Of a DNA stretch of 64,000 nucleotides, positions 29,955 to 39,791 are shown piece after piece (position 1 is the first letter of the stretch; every line of letters starts with the position of its first letter). This DNA comes from an uncultured delta proteobacterium (GTDB lineage: Bacteria; Myxococcota_A; Polyangia; Polyangiales; Polyangiaceae), in assembly GCA_963841435.1 (NCBI GenBank), contig CAWJCS010000006.1, forward strand, positions 1,408,001 through 1,472,000, in the 5' to 3' direction. A program made the position numbers and the translations under genes. The notes beneath the pieces were generated by a model that was not told the DNA's origin, searched no databases, and saw only the letters and a program-made list of their open reading frames with translations.

Positions 29955-32201
29955 TTAGCGCGCGGTTTTCGTGCGCGCCGTGCGGCCCTTGGCGCGTTTC
30001 GCGGGCGCCACGGCGGCGACCTCGCCCTGCGCGGGGGCGCGCCCGGATGAGGACCCATCGCTCGGGGCTTTGCCCGTCGCCGGGGCACGCCCGGACGCGG
30101 ACGCACCGCGCGGGGCTTTGCCTTTCGCCGGCGCGCGCTTGGACGACGACGCCCCGCCCGCGGCTTTGCCCTTCGCGGCGGGCGCCTCGTCGGCTGGATT
30201 CACGTCGTCGCTCTTCACGAACGCCGCCGCCGCGGCCGCGGCCGCCCGCGCGGCGCGCTCCGTCTCGCCGCGCATCTCGAACAAAAAGCGACTCGGGATC
30301 GACGCGCGCGCCTTGCCCCACTTCGTGCGCGCTTTCGCGAACGTCATCGTGAGCGTCGAGCGAGCGCGCGTCACGCCCACGTAGCAGAGCCGCCGCTCCT
30401 CCTCGATACTGCGCCCCTCGCCCACGGAGCGCGCGTGCGGCAAGAGTCCCTCCTCCATGCCGACCAGGTACACGTGCATGAACTCCAGGCCCTTGGCGCT
30501 GTGCAGCGTCATGAGCGTGAGGGCATGGCGCTGCCGCTCGTCGTCGGTCTCCGCGTCGCGTCCGGCGAGGGCCGTCTCCTCGAGAAAGCCGAGCAGCGAG
30601 GGGTTTTCGGCGCGCGTTTCGTAGAGCGACAGCGAATTGACGAGCTCTTCGACGCCGAGCCAGCGCGACTCGGCATCCGCGGTCTCGCGATGCACGCGCC
30701 GGATCTCCGAGCGGTAGTCGATGCTCTCGATGAGCTCCCGGGTGAGCGCCGAGAGCGGCTCGAGCCCGAGGCGAGCGCGAAAGCCCTCGAGAAGCGCCTG
30801 GAAAGCGACGATGCGCGCGCCGACGCCGTGCGCGAGGTCGGGGTTGTCGGGTGCCTCGCCGAGCACGGCCCAGAGCGGTACGCCGCGACTCACGGCGACT
30901 GCCATCAGCACCTCGACGGTGCTCGGGCCGATGCCCCGCGGCGGCGTGTTGATGATGCGCAACAGCGACACCTCGTCCGAGGGGTTCGCGAGCACGCGCA
31001 GGTAGGCCAGCACGTCGCGCACCTCGCGCCGGTCGTAGAACGAAAGGCCGCCCACGAGCACGTACGGCACGCCGGCGCGGCGGAGCTCGAGCTCGAAGGC
31101 GCGCGGCTGCTCGTTGGTGCGAAACAGGATCGCCATGTCGCTCGCGGGGATGCGCGGGCCGCCGTCGCCACGCAGCCGGCTCTCGATTTCGCGAACGACG
31201 CCCTCGGCCTCGGCGACTTCGTCCTCGAAGCGCAAGAAGCGCGGCGCGTCGCCGCCCTCCGCCACGGGAATCAGCGTCTTTTCGTGGCGCGACCCGTTGT
31301 GGAGGATGAGCTTGTTGGCGAGCGCGAGGATCGGCGCCGTCGAGCGGTAGTTCTGCTCGAGCCGCACGACCTTGGCCTCGGGCCAGTCGCGAGAGAAGCC
31401 CAAGATGTGCGCGATCTCGGCGCCGCGCCAGCCGTAGATCGACTGATCGTCGTCGCCGACGACGCAGAGATTGCGATGCCGTTCGGCGAGCGCCAAGAGC
31501 ACGCGATACTGAAGATCGTTGGTGTCCTGGTACTCGTCGACGAGCACGTGGTCGAAGCGCGATGCCTCGGCGAAGCGCGCCTCCGGATGCTTTTGGAAGA
31601 GTGCCTCGGTGTTGAGGAGCAGGTCGTCGAAGTCCATGGCGCCGCAGGCCTTCAAATTCGCCTGATAGCGGCGAAAGGCCATGGCGCCGAGCTCCTCGCG
31701 CTCGCGCTCGGCCGCGTCTTCGGCAGCATCGGGCGCGAGACCGCGGTTCTTCCAGCCGCCGATGAGCGCCAGGAGATCCCCCGGGCGGAGCTTCTCGTGC
31801 CCGACGCGCACGTCACGCAGAGCCGTCCGCGCCATCGATTCCTGATCGCCGCGGTCGTAGATCGAGAAGTCCTTCGGGTAGCCGAGCAGGGGCGCGTGGC
31901 GCCTGAGGATGCGCACGCAGAGCGAGTGAAACGTCGAGATTTCCGGTGGCTTCTCCCCGCGCGAGCGCTTGCCGAGCAGCGCGCGGGAGCGGTCACGCAT
32001 CTCGCGCGCGGCCTTGTTGGTGAACGTCACCGCGAGGATGCGCGAGGGCGCGATGCCGCTCCGGATGAGCTCCGCGAGGCGGTACGTGATGACGCGCGTC
32101 TTGCCCGTGCCGGCACCTGCGAGCACGAGCAGGGGTCCGGACAGCGTCGTGACCGCGTCGCGCTGCGCGCGGTTCAAGAGAGGAGGGCGAGCCTCTGTCA
32201 T
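29955..32201 (-). CDS. UvrD/Rep/PcrA-family ATP-dependent DNA helicase
   Basis: LAGAGTGKT, VTFTNKAA, VDEYQD, VGDDDQSIYGWRGA, QNYRS, TLHSAKGLEF, EERRLCYVG.TRA. Confidence 0.95.
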   Translation of the reverse strand: MTEARPPLLNRAQRDAVTTLSGPLLVLAGAGTGKTRVITYRLAELIRSGIAPSRILAVTFTNKAAREMRDRSRALLGKRSRGEKPPEISTFHSLCVRILRRHAPLLGYPKDFSIYDRGDQESMARTALRDVRVGHEKLRPGDLLALIGGWKNRGLAPDAAEDAAEREREELGAMAFRRYQANLKACGAMDFDDLLLNTEALFQKHPEARFAEASRFDHVLVDEYQDTNDLQYRVLLALAERHRNLCVVGDDDQSIYGWRGAEIAHILGFSRDWPEAKVVRLEQNYRSTAPILALANKLILHNGSRHEKTLIPVAEGGDAPRFLRFEDEVAEAEGVVREIESRLRGDGGPRIPASDMAILFRTNEQPRAFELELRRAGVPYVLVGGLSFYDRREVRDVLAYLRVLANPSDEVSLLRIINTPPRGIGPSTVEVLMAVAVSRGVPLWAVLGEAPDNPDLAHGVGARIVAFQALLEGFRARLGLEPLSALTRELIESIDYRSEIRRVHRETADAESRWLGVEELVNSLSLYETRAENPSLLGFLEETALAGRDAETDDERQRHALTLMTLHSAKGLEFMHVYLVGMEEGLLPHARSVGEGRSIEEERRLCYVGVTRARSTLTMTFAKARTKWGKARASIPSRFLFEMRGETERAARAAAAAAAAFVKSDDVNPADEAPAAKGKAAGGASSSKRAPAKGKAPRGASASGRAPATGKAPSDGSSSGRAPAQGEVAAVAPAKRAKGRTARTKTAR
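30031..30174 (-). repeat. Three degenerate 48-bp repeats encoding a basic helicase tail (KGKA..G.S.S.RAPA)
   Basis: Visible in both DNA and translation. Confidence 0.7.
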
Positions 32202-32352
32202 CGGGGGGGGCGGGAGGCTAGCAGGCGGCGAGGACCGAACGGGATACGCGAAGGGAACGCGATTCTTTTTTTTTCGAGGCGGCCAGGCGGCCCGTGGACT
32301 TTGGGTCTTGTCGCGCGGGGCTTGCGTCTCTACCTGTACGCCGTTGCCGTTT

Positions 32353-33105
32353 TTGCACGTGGAAGTGAAGGGCGTCGGTCGTTCGGTCGTTTTCTGTCAC
32401 GGCTTCGGCGGGAGCGCTCGCAACTTCCGCCCGCAGCTTCGGGCGCTCTCCGACCATTACCGCGTCGTCGCGTACGACACGCGTGGCCACGCGCGCAGCG
32501 CCGCGCCCACCCTGCCGGAAGACTACGACTTCGAGCGGCTGGTCGACGATTTCGAGCGCGTGGCCGAAACCGAAGACGGGAGCCCGGTCGTTGCCGCGGG
32601 CCTCAGCCTGGGTGCCGTGACGGCGCTCGCGTTCGCGGTCCGGTGGCCGGAGCGGGTTCACGCGCTCGTGCTCGCGTCGCTGCCGGGCGCGGCGACCGCG
32701 CGCGGCCCTTGGGCAGCCGCCTTTGCGGACGCCATCGAGGCGGAAGGGCTCGAGGCGGCCGGCGCCCGCTTCGTCTGGGGAGCGCGCTCGCGTTTCGATC
32801 CCGCAGGCGCGGCGCTCATCAAGCGCGGCCTGATGGAGCACCCGCCGCACGCGCTCGTGGCGATCCTGCGGCGCGCGCTCGCCGCGCTGCCGTCCGTGCC
32901 GGGCCTCGCCGCCGACGTCGCGTGCCCCGTGCTCGTCATCAGTGGCGGCGAGGACACGGCGGCGCTCGCCGAGGTCGAGGAGGTGCTCGCCGTGGCGCCG
33001 CACGTCGAGCAGGTGACGATCCCGAACGCGGGCCACGTGGTGAATCTCGCGGCGCCGGAGGCGTTCAATGCGCGGGTGCGGGCCTTTTTGGATGCGAATC
33101 CGTGA
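32353..33105 (+). CDS. Alpha/beta hydrolase
   Basis: HGFGGS, YD.RGHA.S, GLSLG nucleophile elbow, G.ED, AGH.VNL..PE.F. Confidence 0.85.
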   Translation: MHVEVKGVGRSVVFCHGFGGSARNFRPQLRALSDHYRVVAYDTRGHARSAAPTLPEDYDFERLVDDFERVAETEDGSPVVAAGLSLGAVTALAFAVRWPERVHALVLASLPGAATARGPWAAAFADAIEAEGLEAAGARFVWGARSRFDPAGAALIKRGLMEHPPHALVAILRRALAALPSVPGLAADVACPVLVISGGEDTAALAEVEEVLAVAPHVEQVTIPNAGHVVNLAAPEAFNARVRAFLDANP

Positions 33106-34750
33106 GGTGGGCCGTGAGCAGGCCCGTCGCCGAGCCGCCGACCACTCGCATCTCGACGACGACCTCGGGGCCCGTGACGGAGTCCGCATCGGCCGCACAC
33201 ACGCGCGTGCTCGCGACGTTCGAGCCACGTGAAAGCGCGAGCTCCGCGCCTTCGGCCGTGACGAAACGAAGCTCCGCGCCCTCGGCGCCCGCGCCGAGCG
33301 CCAGCGTCGCCTCGAGGCAGCGTCCGTAAGGCAGCGTGAGCGTGCGCTTGGCAATCGCCTCCGACGTGAGTGGATGCTCGTACACGGCACCCACGCGCCG
33401 GGCGGAGTCGATGATGCCGCGCTCCAGCATGCGGTGCAGCAGCCGCCCTGCACCGAGCGGGTGCGCTTCGAAGAGCTTCGGGGTGCCGCGCTCCTGCCGA
33501 AGCTCCACGGCGAACGGACCGGGGCGCGCGAGCGACTCGGCGTCGAGGCGGGCTCGGCCGGCCTTGCCGCACACGAAAAGCACCGGTTTCGGGCCTTCGT
33601 CGCGCGCGAGCAGCGCGCCGTCGTCCGCGTAGACCCAGACCCTCACGCCGCGTAGCGGAACGCCGCTCACCCAGTCGAGTCGGACACAGCCGCCCGGTAG
33701 GTCGAGCGACGTGCTCAGCCGCCGGCCGAGCGGCAGCGTGCCCGAAGCGACGACGCGACCCGCAGCGTAGCCGGCGCGCGCGAGCTCGGCGGAACGAAGC
33801 CGCCGTTCGTGGTTCACGTCCTCGCTCGCGAAGATCTCGAGCTTCTCGGTGGTGCGCTCGATGTCGCCCTCGGTTCCCTCGCGCGAGCGCGACATCATCA
33901 CGACCGCGAGTCCGATGCCGCCGTGGGGGCGAAGCTCCAGCGTCACGGTGGCGGGCGCGGGCGAACAGACGACGAGCGAGCGGTCGCGCCCTACGGCGTC
34001 CGCCCGCCCGATGATGCGCCCGTCGGCGTCGAGCAGCGTGAGGTCGAGCCCGGTCACCTCGTCCGACGGGATGGCGAGCACGTCGAGGCAGCGTTCGGCG
34101 TCGATCGGCGCAGAAAGCCGCGTCGGCGTGCGGGCGTCGAGCGGCACGGCGACGCGCCTGAGGTCGACCCACTCGCCGCCGACGAGCCGCCGGTGCTCGT
34201 CGATGCGCTCGTCGAGGCCCGGCCACACCGTCATGCGCCGAGCGAGCTCGCCGGGGCGATAGCGAGCGCCGTAGGCCTTCGCGACGCGCTCGGCGTCCCG
34301 CAGGAGCACGCGCTCGGCGCCGACGGCGACGAGGCCGTGGCCGGCCGCGATGCGCGCCATCAGCATGACGCGGCGCGGATGCGGCGGGCAGATGAGTAGC
34401 GACGGCGTCTTGTCGGAGCCCTCGTCGGAACCGAGCACGGCCCCGTCCTCGCCGTAGGCGAAGAGATCGACGTCGTCCACCGTCGAGGTGGCACGCGCGA
34501 TCGCGATCGCGCAGTCACCTTCGGGCACCTCGAGCAGGCTCGTCACGCGGTCACCCGCGACGCCGCCTTCGACGGCCAGCACCTCGGCGCCTCGCTTTGC
34601 CTCCGGGGAGAGCCAAGCGCTTTCGTTCGGCTTGCCGGGCAGCTTGCCGAAGCGGCCGGCCTTTTCCGTTTCCGCCGGGGGGCCCTGGCGGGAGCAGCCG
34701 AGCAAGAGCGTGAGCCCGAAAAGCTTCGCGAGCAGCGCGCCCCGGGTCAT
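33065..34750 (-). CDS. Lipoprotein with four Cys-bracketed PPC-like beta-sandwich repeats
   Basis: Lipobox LLGC; four units C...D(V/L)DL...D.DG..L..D...L..C. Confidence 0.7.
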   Translation of the reverse strand: MTRGALLAKLFGLTLLLGCSRQGPPAETEKAGRFGKLPGKPNESAWLSPEAKRGAEVLAVEGGVAGDRVTSLLEVPEGDCAIAIARATSTVDDVDLFAYGEDGAVLGSDEGSDKTPSLLICPPHPRRVMLMARIAAGHGLVAVGAERVLLRDAERVAKAYGARYRPGELARRMTVWPGLDERIDEHRRLVGGEWVDLRRVAVPLDARTPTRLSAPIDAERCLDVLAIPSDEVTGLDLTLLDADGRIIGRADAVGRDRSLVVCSPAPATVTLELRPHGGIGLAVVMMSRSREGTEGDIERTTEKLEIFASEDVNHERRLRSAELARAGYAAGRVVASGTLPLGRRLSTSLDLPGGCVRLDWVSGVPLRGVRVWVYADDGALLARDEGPKPVLFVCGKAGRARLDAESLARPGPFAVELRQERGTPKLFEAHPLGAGRLLHRMLERGIIDSARRVGAVYEHPLTSEAIAKRTLTLPYGRCLEATLALGAGAEGAELRFVTAEGAELALSRGSNVASTRVCAADADSVTGPEVVVEMRVVGGSATGLLTAHLTDSHPKRPAPAH

Positions 34751-36022
34751 TCGTCCTCCACGCCGGGGCGCAGGCGGCCCGATTGGAAGACGGCCGCCAT
34801 CCAGACGAGCCCGAGCCCGCGCGCGTCGATCTCGAGCAGGGCGCGGTCTTCCGGCCCGGCGCAGAACCCCAGCGCAGAGCCCGCGACGTCGCCGCGCAGT
34901 GGGCTCTCGACGTCGCCACGAGCGGTGCGGGCCGCGAGCGACAGCGCCGAAGCCTCGCCGCGCAGACCGACGACGAGCGCCACGTAGCACGCGAAGGGCT
35001 CGACCTCGATGCCCATCTGCGTATCGCCCTGTACCCCGAGCGACTCGTCGGCGAGGCGCGCGCCAGCGAGCGGAATGTGCTGGTCTCGGACGAGCGCGCT
35101 CATCTTGGCTCGCACGTCGGCGGCCCAGCGCCTGGGCAGCGCCGGCTCGAGGTCCCAGCGAGCGCGCAACAGCTCGAGTCGAGAGAACGGCGCCGCGCCG
35201 GCGAACCTGAGGCTCACGGGCAGCGGCGTGCCGACGCAAAGGAGCGCGCCCGCGTCGCTGCTTTCACCGTGGTCCTGGCCCAAAAGCTCGCCCGTGTCGG
35301 TGCGCGTGAGCTCGAGATCGACGTCGGCCGTGCGCTCGCCCGCGTCGTCGCTCAAGAGGTCGAAGCGATGACACCCCGGGCCGAGCGTCAGAACGGTCGT
35401 TCCCATGCCGAAGGCCGAGGCCGCGACGTCTTGCCGCGCGAGCTCGATGGCGCCCTCTCGAGCGGCTCGTGCCTCGATGGCGCGGAGCCTGAGGGCGAGC
35501 GGAAGCATCCCTGGGCGCGGTCCGAGCCCGGCCGTCGGCGCGATGGGCCCCGGGTCACGGTTCGGCAGCACGGTGGTGAGCGCCGGAACTGGCTTGTCCG
35601 ACGAGACGATGATGGTCTCGATCACGGCGCGCGGCGAACGCATCTGGATGGCGAGCAGGGCGAGTCGGGCCTTGTCCTTGCCGCAGCGTGAGAGCTCGAG
35701 CGCGCCCGCGAGGCTTCCTTCGGGCGTGTCGTCGTCGTGCGTGGCCAGCGCGGGCGCATCCAGGAGAAAATAAGTGCCGCTCGTGCCGAGCAACACCACC
35801 GTCGCGCAGCCGTGGCGTGACGGCATGAGGAGCTCGGGGGGAAGCAAGAGCGGCAACGATTCGCCGCGCTCGAGCAGACGCGGCGCGAGGCGCGTCACGT
35901 GGCCGAACGCGCTGTAGGCGAGCACGACGCGCTCGACGTCGTTGCCGAGGTCGGCTCGGGCGACGCCGGCCACGAGAAGGAGCGCGGCGACGAGCCCGGC
36001 CTTGAGGCGCGTTCGACGCCAC
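34747..36022 (-). CDS. Secreted protein with three similar repeats (apparent +1 frameshift at about 36012)
   Basis: Signal ..RLKAGLVAALLLVAGVARA; GTG 36022 joins the frame if one A is removed; overlaps the downstream paralog (ATGA). Confidence 0.65.
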
Positions 36023-36027
36023 GATCG

Positions 36028-36537
36028 TCAGTCCACTCGCTCGAAAGGCGCCTCGACGAAGGCGCGTGCGCCCCCGTCCCATACGAACAATCGATGAGCC
36101 GTCACCTGGCCGGCGTCGACCGCCGTGACCAGGTAGCAAAGGTCGTGGCTCGGGTCGCCGGTGCCCCCGAGCGTCATGCTGGCGGCGTCTTCGGCGCTGA
36201 AATACGCGCCGCAGTCGAGGTGCGAATGAAAGAACACCTTCACCGGGCGCCCGCTTTCGCGCCCATCCGCGATGGCGCGTTCGAACTTGAGCGCGTTGAT
36301 CTTGAAGTACTCGCGCCCCGTGCGCGGATGCCCATCCGGATCGACGGCATGGTACTTGTTGGCGAGGTTCTCGAGCTCGACGGCGCGATCGACGGCGAGC
36401 TCGTCGTCGGCGGGGCCCTCGAGGTAGCCACACGCTTCCTCGTCGCGCGCGTACGCGGCGACTCCGGCGCGCTCGACCTCGCTGAGCACGGCCCGGGGGA
36501 TCTTCACGCCCCCGCGCATCCAGGCTGGTACCGTCAT
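36028..36537 (-). CDS. JAB/MPN+ metallopeptidase (Mec-like sulfur-carrier peptidase)
   Basis: EACG, JAMM motif HSHLDCGAYFSAED. Confidence 0.9.
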   Translation of the reverse strand: MTVPAWMRGGVKIPRAVLSEVERAGVAAYARDEEACGYLEGPADDELAVDRAVELENLANKYHAVDPDGHPRTGREYFKINALKFERAIADGRESGRPVKVFFHSHLDCGAYFSAEDAASMTLGGTGDPSHDLCYLVTAVDAGQVTAHRLFVWDGGARAFVEAPFERVD

Positions 36538-36541
36538 CGCT

Positions 36542-37489
36542 CTACCAAGTGTAACGCCGCTCCCACTTGAGCGGCGCGAAATAGCGATCGCCGCGATCAC
36601 AGGCGATCGTGACGACGCAGCCGCCGCCCGCCTCGCGCTGAGCTCGCTCGGCGACCACCACCGCGCCCGCGACGTTGGCGCCCGTCGAGTGACCGACGTG
36701 CAGGCCCTCGAGGGCCGCGAGCTTGTCCGCCATGTCCCAGCCGTCTTCGGTCGAAACCGGCAAGATCTCGTCGGGCACGTCGCGATCGAAGATGGGTGGC
36801 ACGATGCTCGAGCCCATGTGCTTGAGGCCTTCGAGCCCGTGCAGCGCTTCGGCCGGCTCGACGGCCACGCAGTGCACGGGCCGCGCGTGCTCGTGCAGCC
36901 GGCGCGTCGTTCCCATCATGGTCCCGCTCGTCCCGAGGCCGGTGACGAAGTGCGTGATGCGGTCGCCGAGCGCATCGAGGATCTCGCCGGCCGTGCCGTG
37001 ATAGTGGGCGAGGGGATTGGAGGGGTTCGAGTATTGATCGGGATAGAAGTACTTGTCGGGGGCCTCGGACACGACTTCCTTCACGAGGCGGATGGCGCCG
37101 TCCGAGCCCTCGAGTGGGTCGCTGAAGATGAGCTCCGTGCCGAACGCTTGCGTGATGTCCTTGCGGGCTTTGGTCACGTTCTTCGGCATCACGAGCTGGA
37201 CGCGAAAACCGAGCGCCGCGCCGATCAGCGAGTACGCGACGCCCGTGTTGCCGCTCGTCGAATCGATGAGCGTCTTGTCGGGCGTGAGGCGCCCATCGGC
37301 CATGGCGTCACGCACCATCCGCAGCGCCGGTCGGTCTTTGACGCTGCCCCCGGGGTTCGCAAACTCGAGCTTGACGTAGATCTCGACGTCGGGTGCGTTG
37401 GGCGCCACTTTGGAAAGCCTGAGGAGCGGCGTGTTGCCGATCGCGTCGAGAACGGACGCGAGCCTGCGCGAACGTGCGTGGCGCCTCAC
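36542..37489 (-). CDS. cysM: PLP cysteine synthase, CysM type
   Basis: IGNTPL, KLE..NPGGSVKDR, TSGNTG, GLGTSGT, CDRGDRY. Confidence 0.85.
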   Translation of the reverse strand: MRRHARSRRLASVLDAIGNTPLLRLSKVAPNAPDVEIYVKLEFANPGGSVKDRPALRMVRDAMADGRLTPDKTLIDSTSGNTGVAYSLIGAALGFRVQLVMPKNVTKARKDITQAFGTELIFSDPLEGSDGAIRLVKEVVSEAPDKYFYPDQYSNPSNPLAHYHGTAGEILDALGDRITHFVTGLGTSGTMMGTTRRLHEHARPVHCVAVEPAEALHGLEGLKHMGSSIVPPIFDRDVPDEILPVSTEDGWDMADKLAALEGLHVGHSTGANVAGAVVVAERAQREAGGGCVVTIACDRGDRYFAPLKWERRYTW

Positions 37490-37767
37490 GGGCCGCCCTC
37501 GAGCACGTGCCTGAGCTGCCGCAGGGCCCTCCACGCGCCCGCGGCGTCGCGACGCGGCCCTTCGTGTCGAAACACCGTGGCGTGCGCGAAAGGCAGCGGA
37601 GGCCCCGAGGCCGGCGCGATCTCGTGCACACCCGCGCGCGCGAGGTACGTCGCTTCCGTCCACGCTTCGGGCGAGGCGGCGACGCCCAAGCGCGCCGCCT
37701 CGATGCGGGCCTGTCCGTCGTCCCCGACCTCGGCCAGAAGCCGCTGCCGCGCGTAGCGATCGCCCAT
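37486..37767 (-). CDS. Small ThiF/MoeB N-terminal-like protein (93 aa), catalytically degenerate
   Basis: DRYARQRLLAEVGDDGQARI and YLARAGV motifs, no GxGxxG; TGATG overlap upstream and GTGA overlap downstream. Confidence 0.75.
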   Translation of the reverse strand: MGDRYARQRLLAEVGDDGQARIEAARLGVAASPEAWTEATYLARAGVHEIAPASGPPLPFAHATVFRHEGPRRDAAGAWRALRQLRHVLEGGP

Positions 37768-38036
37768 CACCCGCCCGCGATGGCCGGCACGATACTGATC
37801 TCCGTTCCGGCGCCGAGCTTCGTCTCGAGGCCGTCGAGGAAGCGAACGTCCTCGTCGCCGACGTAGATGTTGACGAACCGTCTCACGCCCTTTTCGTCGA
37901 GCAGGCGATCCTTCAGCCCGGGGTGCTGCTTGTCGAGGGTATCGATGACCTCGCGCAGCGTTCCGCCGTTCACCTGGACTGCATCGTTGCCACCCGTGAG
38001 GGTGCGGAGGGGCGTCGGGATGCGTACGGTGATCAT
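37767..38036 (-). CDS. Ubiquitin-like sulfur carrier (MoaD/ThiS/CysO family)
   Basis: V.IPTPLR..TGG, FVNIYV..EDVRFL.GL.T, C-terminal PAIAGG. Confidence 0.92.
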   Translation of the reverse strand: MITVRIPTPLRTLTGGNDAVQVNGGTLREVIDTLDKQHPGLKDRLLDEKGVRRFVNIYVGDEDVRFLDGLETKLGAGTEISIVPAIAGG

Positions 38037-38836
38037 GGGTGGGCTCCTTGTTCTTGGCTGGTGGCGTCGCTCGAGCAGGTTTCGGTGTAGCAAACGCCGT
38101 CGATTCGAGAAATCCTAGGGCTCTTTCCGCAGAGTGGGCAGTCGTCACGCGCCGTGAGCGGGACGGTTCGCAGCCGGTCGCGGAGGCCGTCGTAGGTGAA
38201 GAGGATGCCGTGGCGCGGCGCGCCCACGAGCACGGAAAGCGCCAGATCGGCCATGAGCGCGCCCGCGAGGCCGACCACCGGGCCCATCACGCCCGCTTCG
38301 GCGCAGCTGTCCGCCGCGCCGGCCGGCGGGAGGTCCTCGAACAGGCACCGGTAGCACGGCCGACCGTCCGCCCCGACCCCGAGCACCGTGGCGCGAAAGC
38401 GCACGGCAGCGCCGTGCACGACGGGACGGCCTGCGAGGTGGCAGGCGTCGGCGGCGAGAAACTTGGTCGCGAAATTGTCGGCGCCCTCGAGCACGACATC
38501 GTAGTCCGCGACGAGCTCACGCGCGTTGTGAGGCAGGAGGCGCGTGCGGCGCGCTTCGATGCGCTGGAACGGCCGTGCCACGCGGCCGAGGGCGTCGAGC
38601 GCGGCGTCGAGCTTGTCGCGGCCCACGTCGGCGTCGCGATAGAGGATCTGGCGGTGCAGATTGGTCTCTTCGACCCGGTCGTCGTCGGCGAGCGCGACGC
38701 GTCCGACGCCCGCTTCCACGAGCGCCAGAGCCGCCGGGCAGCCGAGGCCACCGGCGCCGATCACGAGCGCGCTCCGTTCAGCGAGCGCGGGGCTCACCGC
38801 ACCAGGCTTTGGGCGTTCAGGTTCGAAAGTATTCAT
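38033..38836 (-). CDS. MoeB/ThiF-family E1-like adenylyltransferase lacking the N-terminal RYxRQ segment
   Basis: VIGAGGLG, D.D.VE.TNLHRQ, DNF, PCYRC, SCAEAGV.GP, CPLC. Confidence 0.9.
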   Translation of the reverse strand: MNTFEPERPKPGAVSPALAERSALVIGAGGLGCPAALALVEAGVGRVALADDDRVEETNLHRQILYRDADVGRDKLDAALDALGRVARPFQRIEARRTRLLPHNARELVADYDVVLEGADNFATKFLAADACHLAGRPVVHGAAVRFRATVLGVGADGRPCYRCLFEDLPPAGAADSCAEAGVMGPVVGLAGALMADLALSVLVGAPRHGILFTYDGLRDRLRTVPLTARDDCPLCGKSPRISRIDGVCYTETCSSDATSQEQGAHP

Positions 38837-39791
38837 CGAGGCTGAAATAGCGTTCCCCGGTATCGCAGAGCACCGTGACGACCGTCTTTCCCTCCCCGAG
38901 CTCGGCGGCAAGGTCGAGCGCGATGGCGACGTTCGCGCCCGCGCTGATGCCGACGAGCAGGCCCTCGCGCTTCGCGAGGTCGAGCTTCGTGCGGTAGGCG
39001 CGATCGTCGGAGACGGTGCGCACCTCGTGAGGCACGCTCGCGTCGTAGTTTTTCGGCACGAAGCCCGCGGCGATGCCCTGGATTTTGGTGGGGCCGCGCT
39101 CGCCGCGCGAGATCGTCGCGCAGGATTCGGGCTCGACGGCGACGACCCGGCACGCGGGGAAGCGCTCGGAGAGAGCGCGCCCCGCGCCGCTCACCGTCCC
39201 GCCCGTGCCCACGGCAGCGACGAACGCGTCGATCGGCTCCTGCCCCATCGCGTCGAGGATCTCGCGCGCCGTATGCTGGTAGTGAACCTCCGGATTCGCG
39301 GCGTTTTCGAACTGCTGGGGCATGAAGGAAAGTGGCGTCGACGCGGCGAGCTCGCGCGCTTTCGCGATGGCGCCGTCCATCTGCCCCGCTTCGGGCGTGA
39401 GCACGACCTCGGCGCCGAAGGACTGCAAAAGCTGCCGCCGCTCGAGGCTCATGCTCTCGGGCATCGTGAGCACGCAGCGATAGCCGCGTCGCGCACACAC
39501 GAGGGCGAGGCCGATGCCCGTGTTGCCGCTCGTCGGCTCGATGACGACGCCACCCGGCGCGAGCCGCCCCTCGCGCTCCGCGCGTTCGATCATCGCGAGG
39601 CAAATGCGGTCCTTCACGGAGCCGCCGGGATTCATGGCCTCGAGCTTGCCGAGGACACGCGCGCGCGGGCGCTCGCGTCCGAGCTGTCGGATCTCGACGA
39701 GCGGCGTGTCGCCGATCAGCTCGAGCACGTTGTCGTAGACGAGCGGGTGGTCGGGGGACGCTCGATGGCGTGCTTCAGATGACGTAGACAT
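38817..39791 (-). CDS. cysK: Cysteine synthase A
   Basis: NPGGSVKDR, EPTSGNTG, MPESMSLERR, GTGGT, KIQGI.AGF, CDTGERY.S. Confidence 0.9.
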   Translation of the reverse strand: MSTSSEARHRASPDHPLVYDNVLELIGDTPLVEIRQLGRERPRARVLGKLEAMNPGGSVKDRICLAMIERAEREGRLAPGGVVIEPTSGNTGIGLALVCARRGYRCVLTMPESMSLERRQLLQSFGAEVVLTPEAGQMDGAIAKARELAASTPLSFMPQQFENAANPEVHYQHTAREILDAMGQEPIDAFVAAVGTGGTVSGAGRALSERFPACRVVAVEPESCATISRGERGPTKIQGIAAGFVPKNYDASVPHEVRTVSDDRAYRTKLDLAKREGLLVGISAGANVAIALDLAAELGEGKTVVTVLCDTGERYFSLDEYFRT

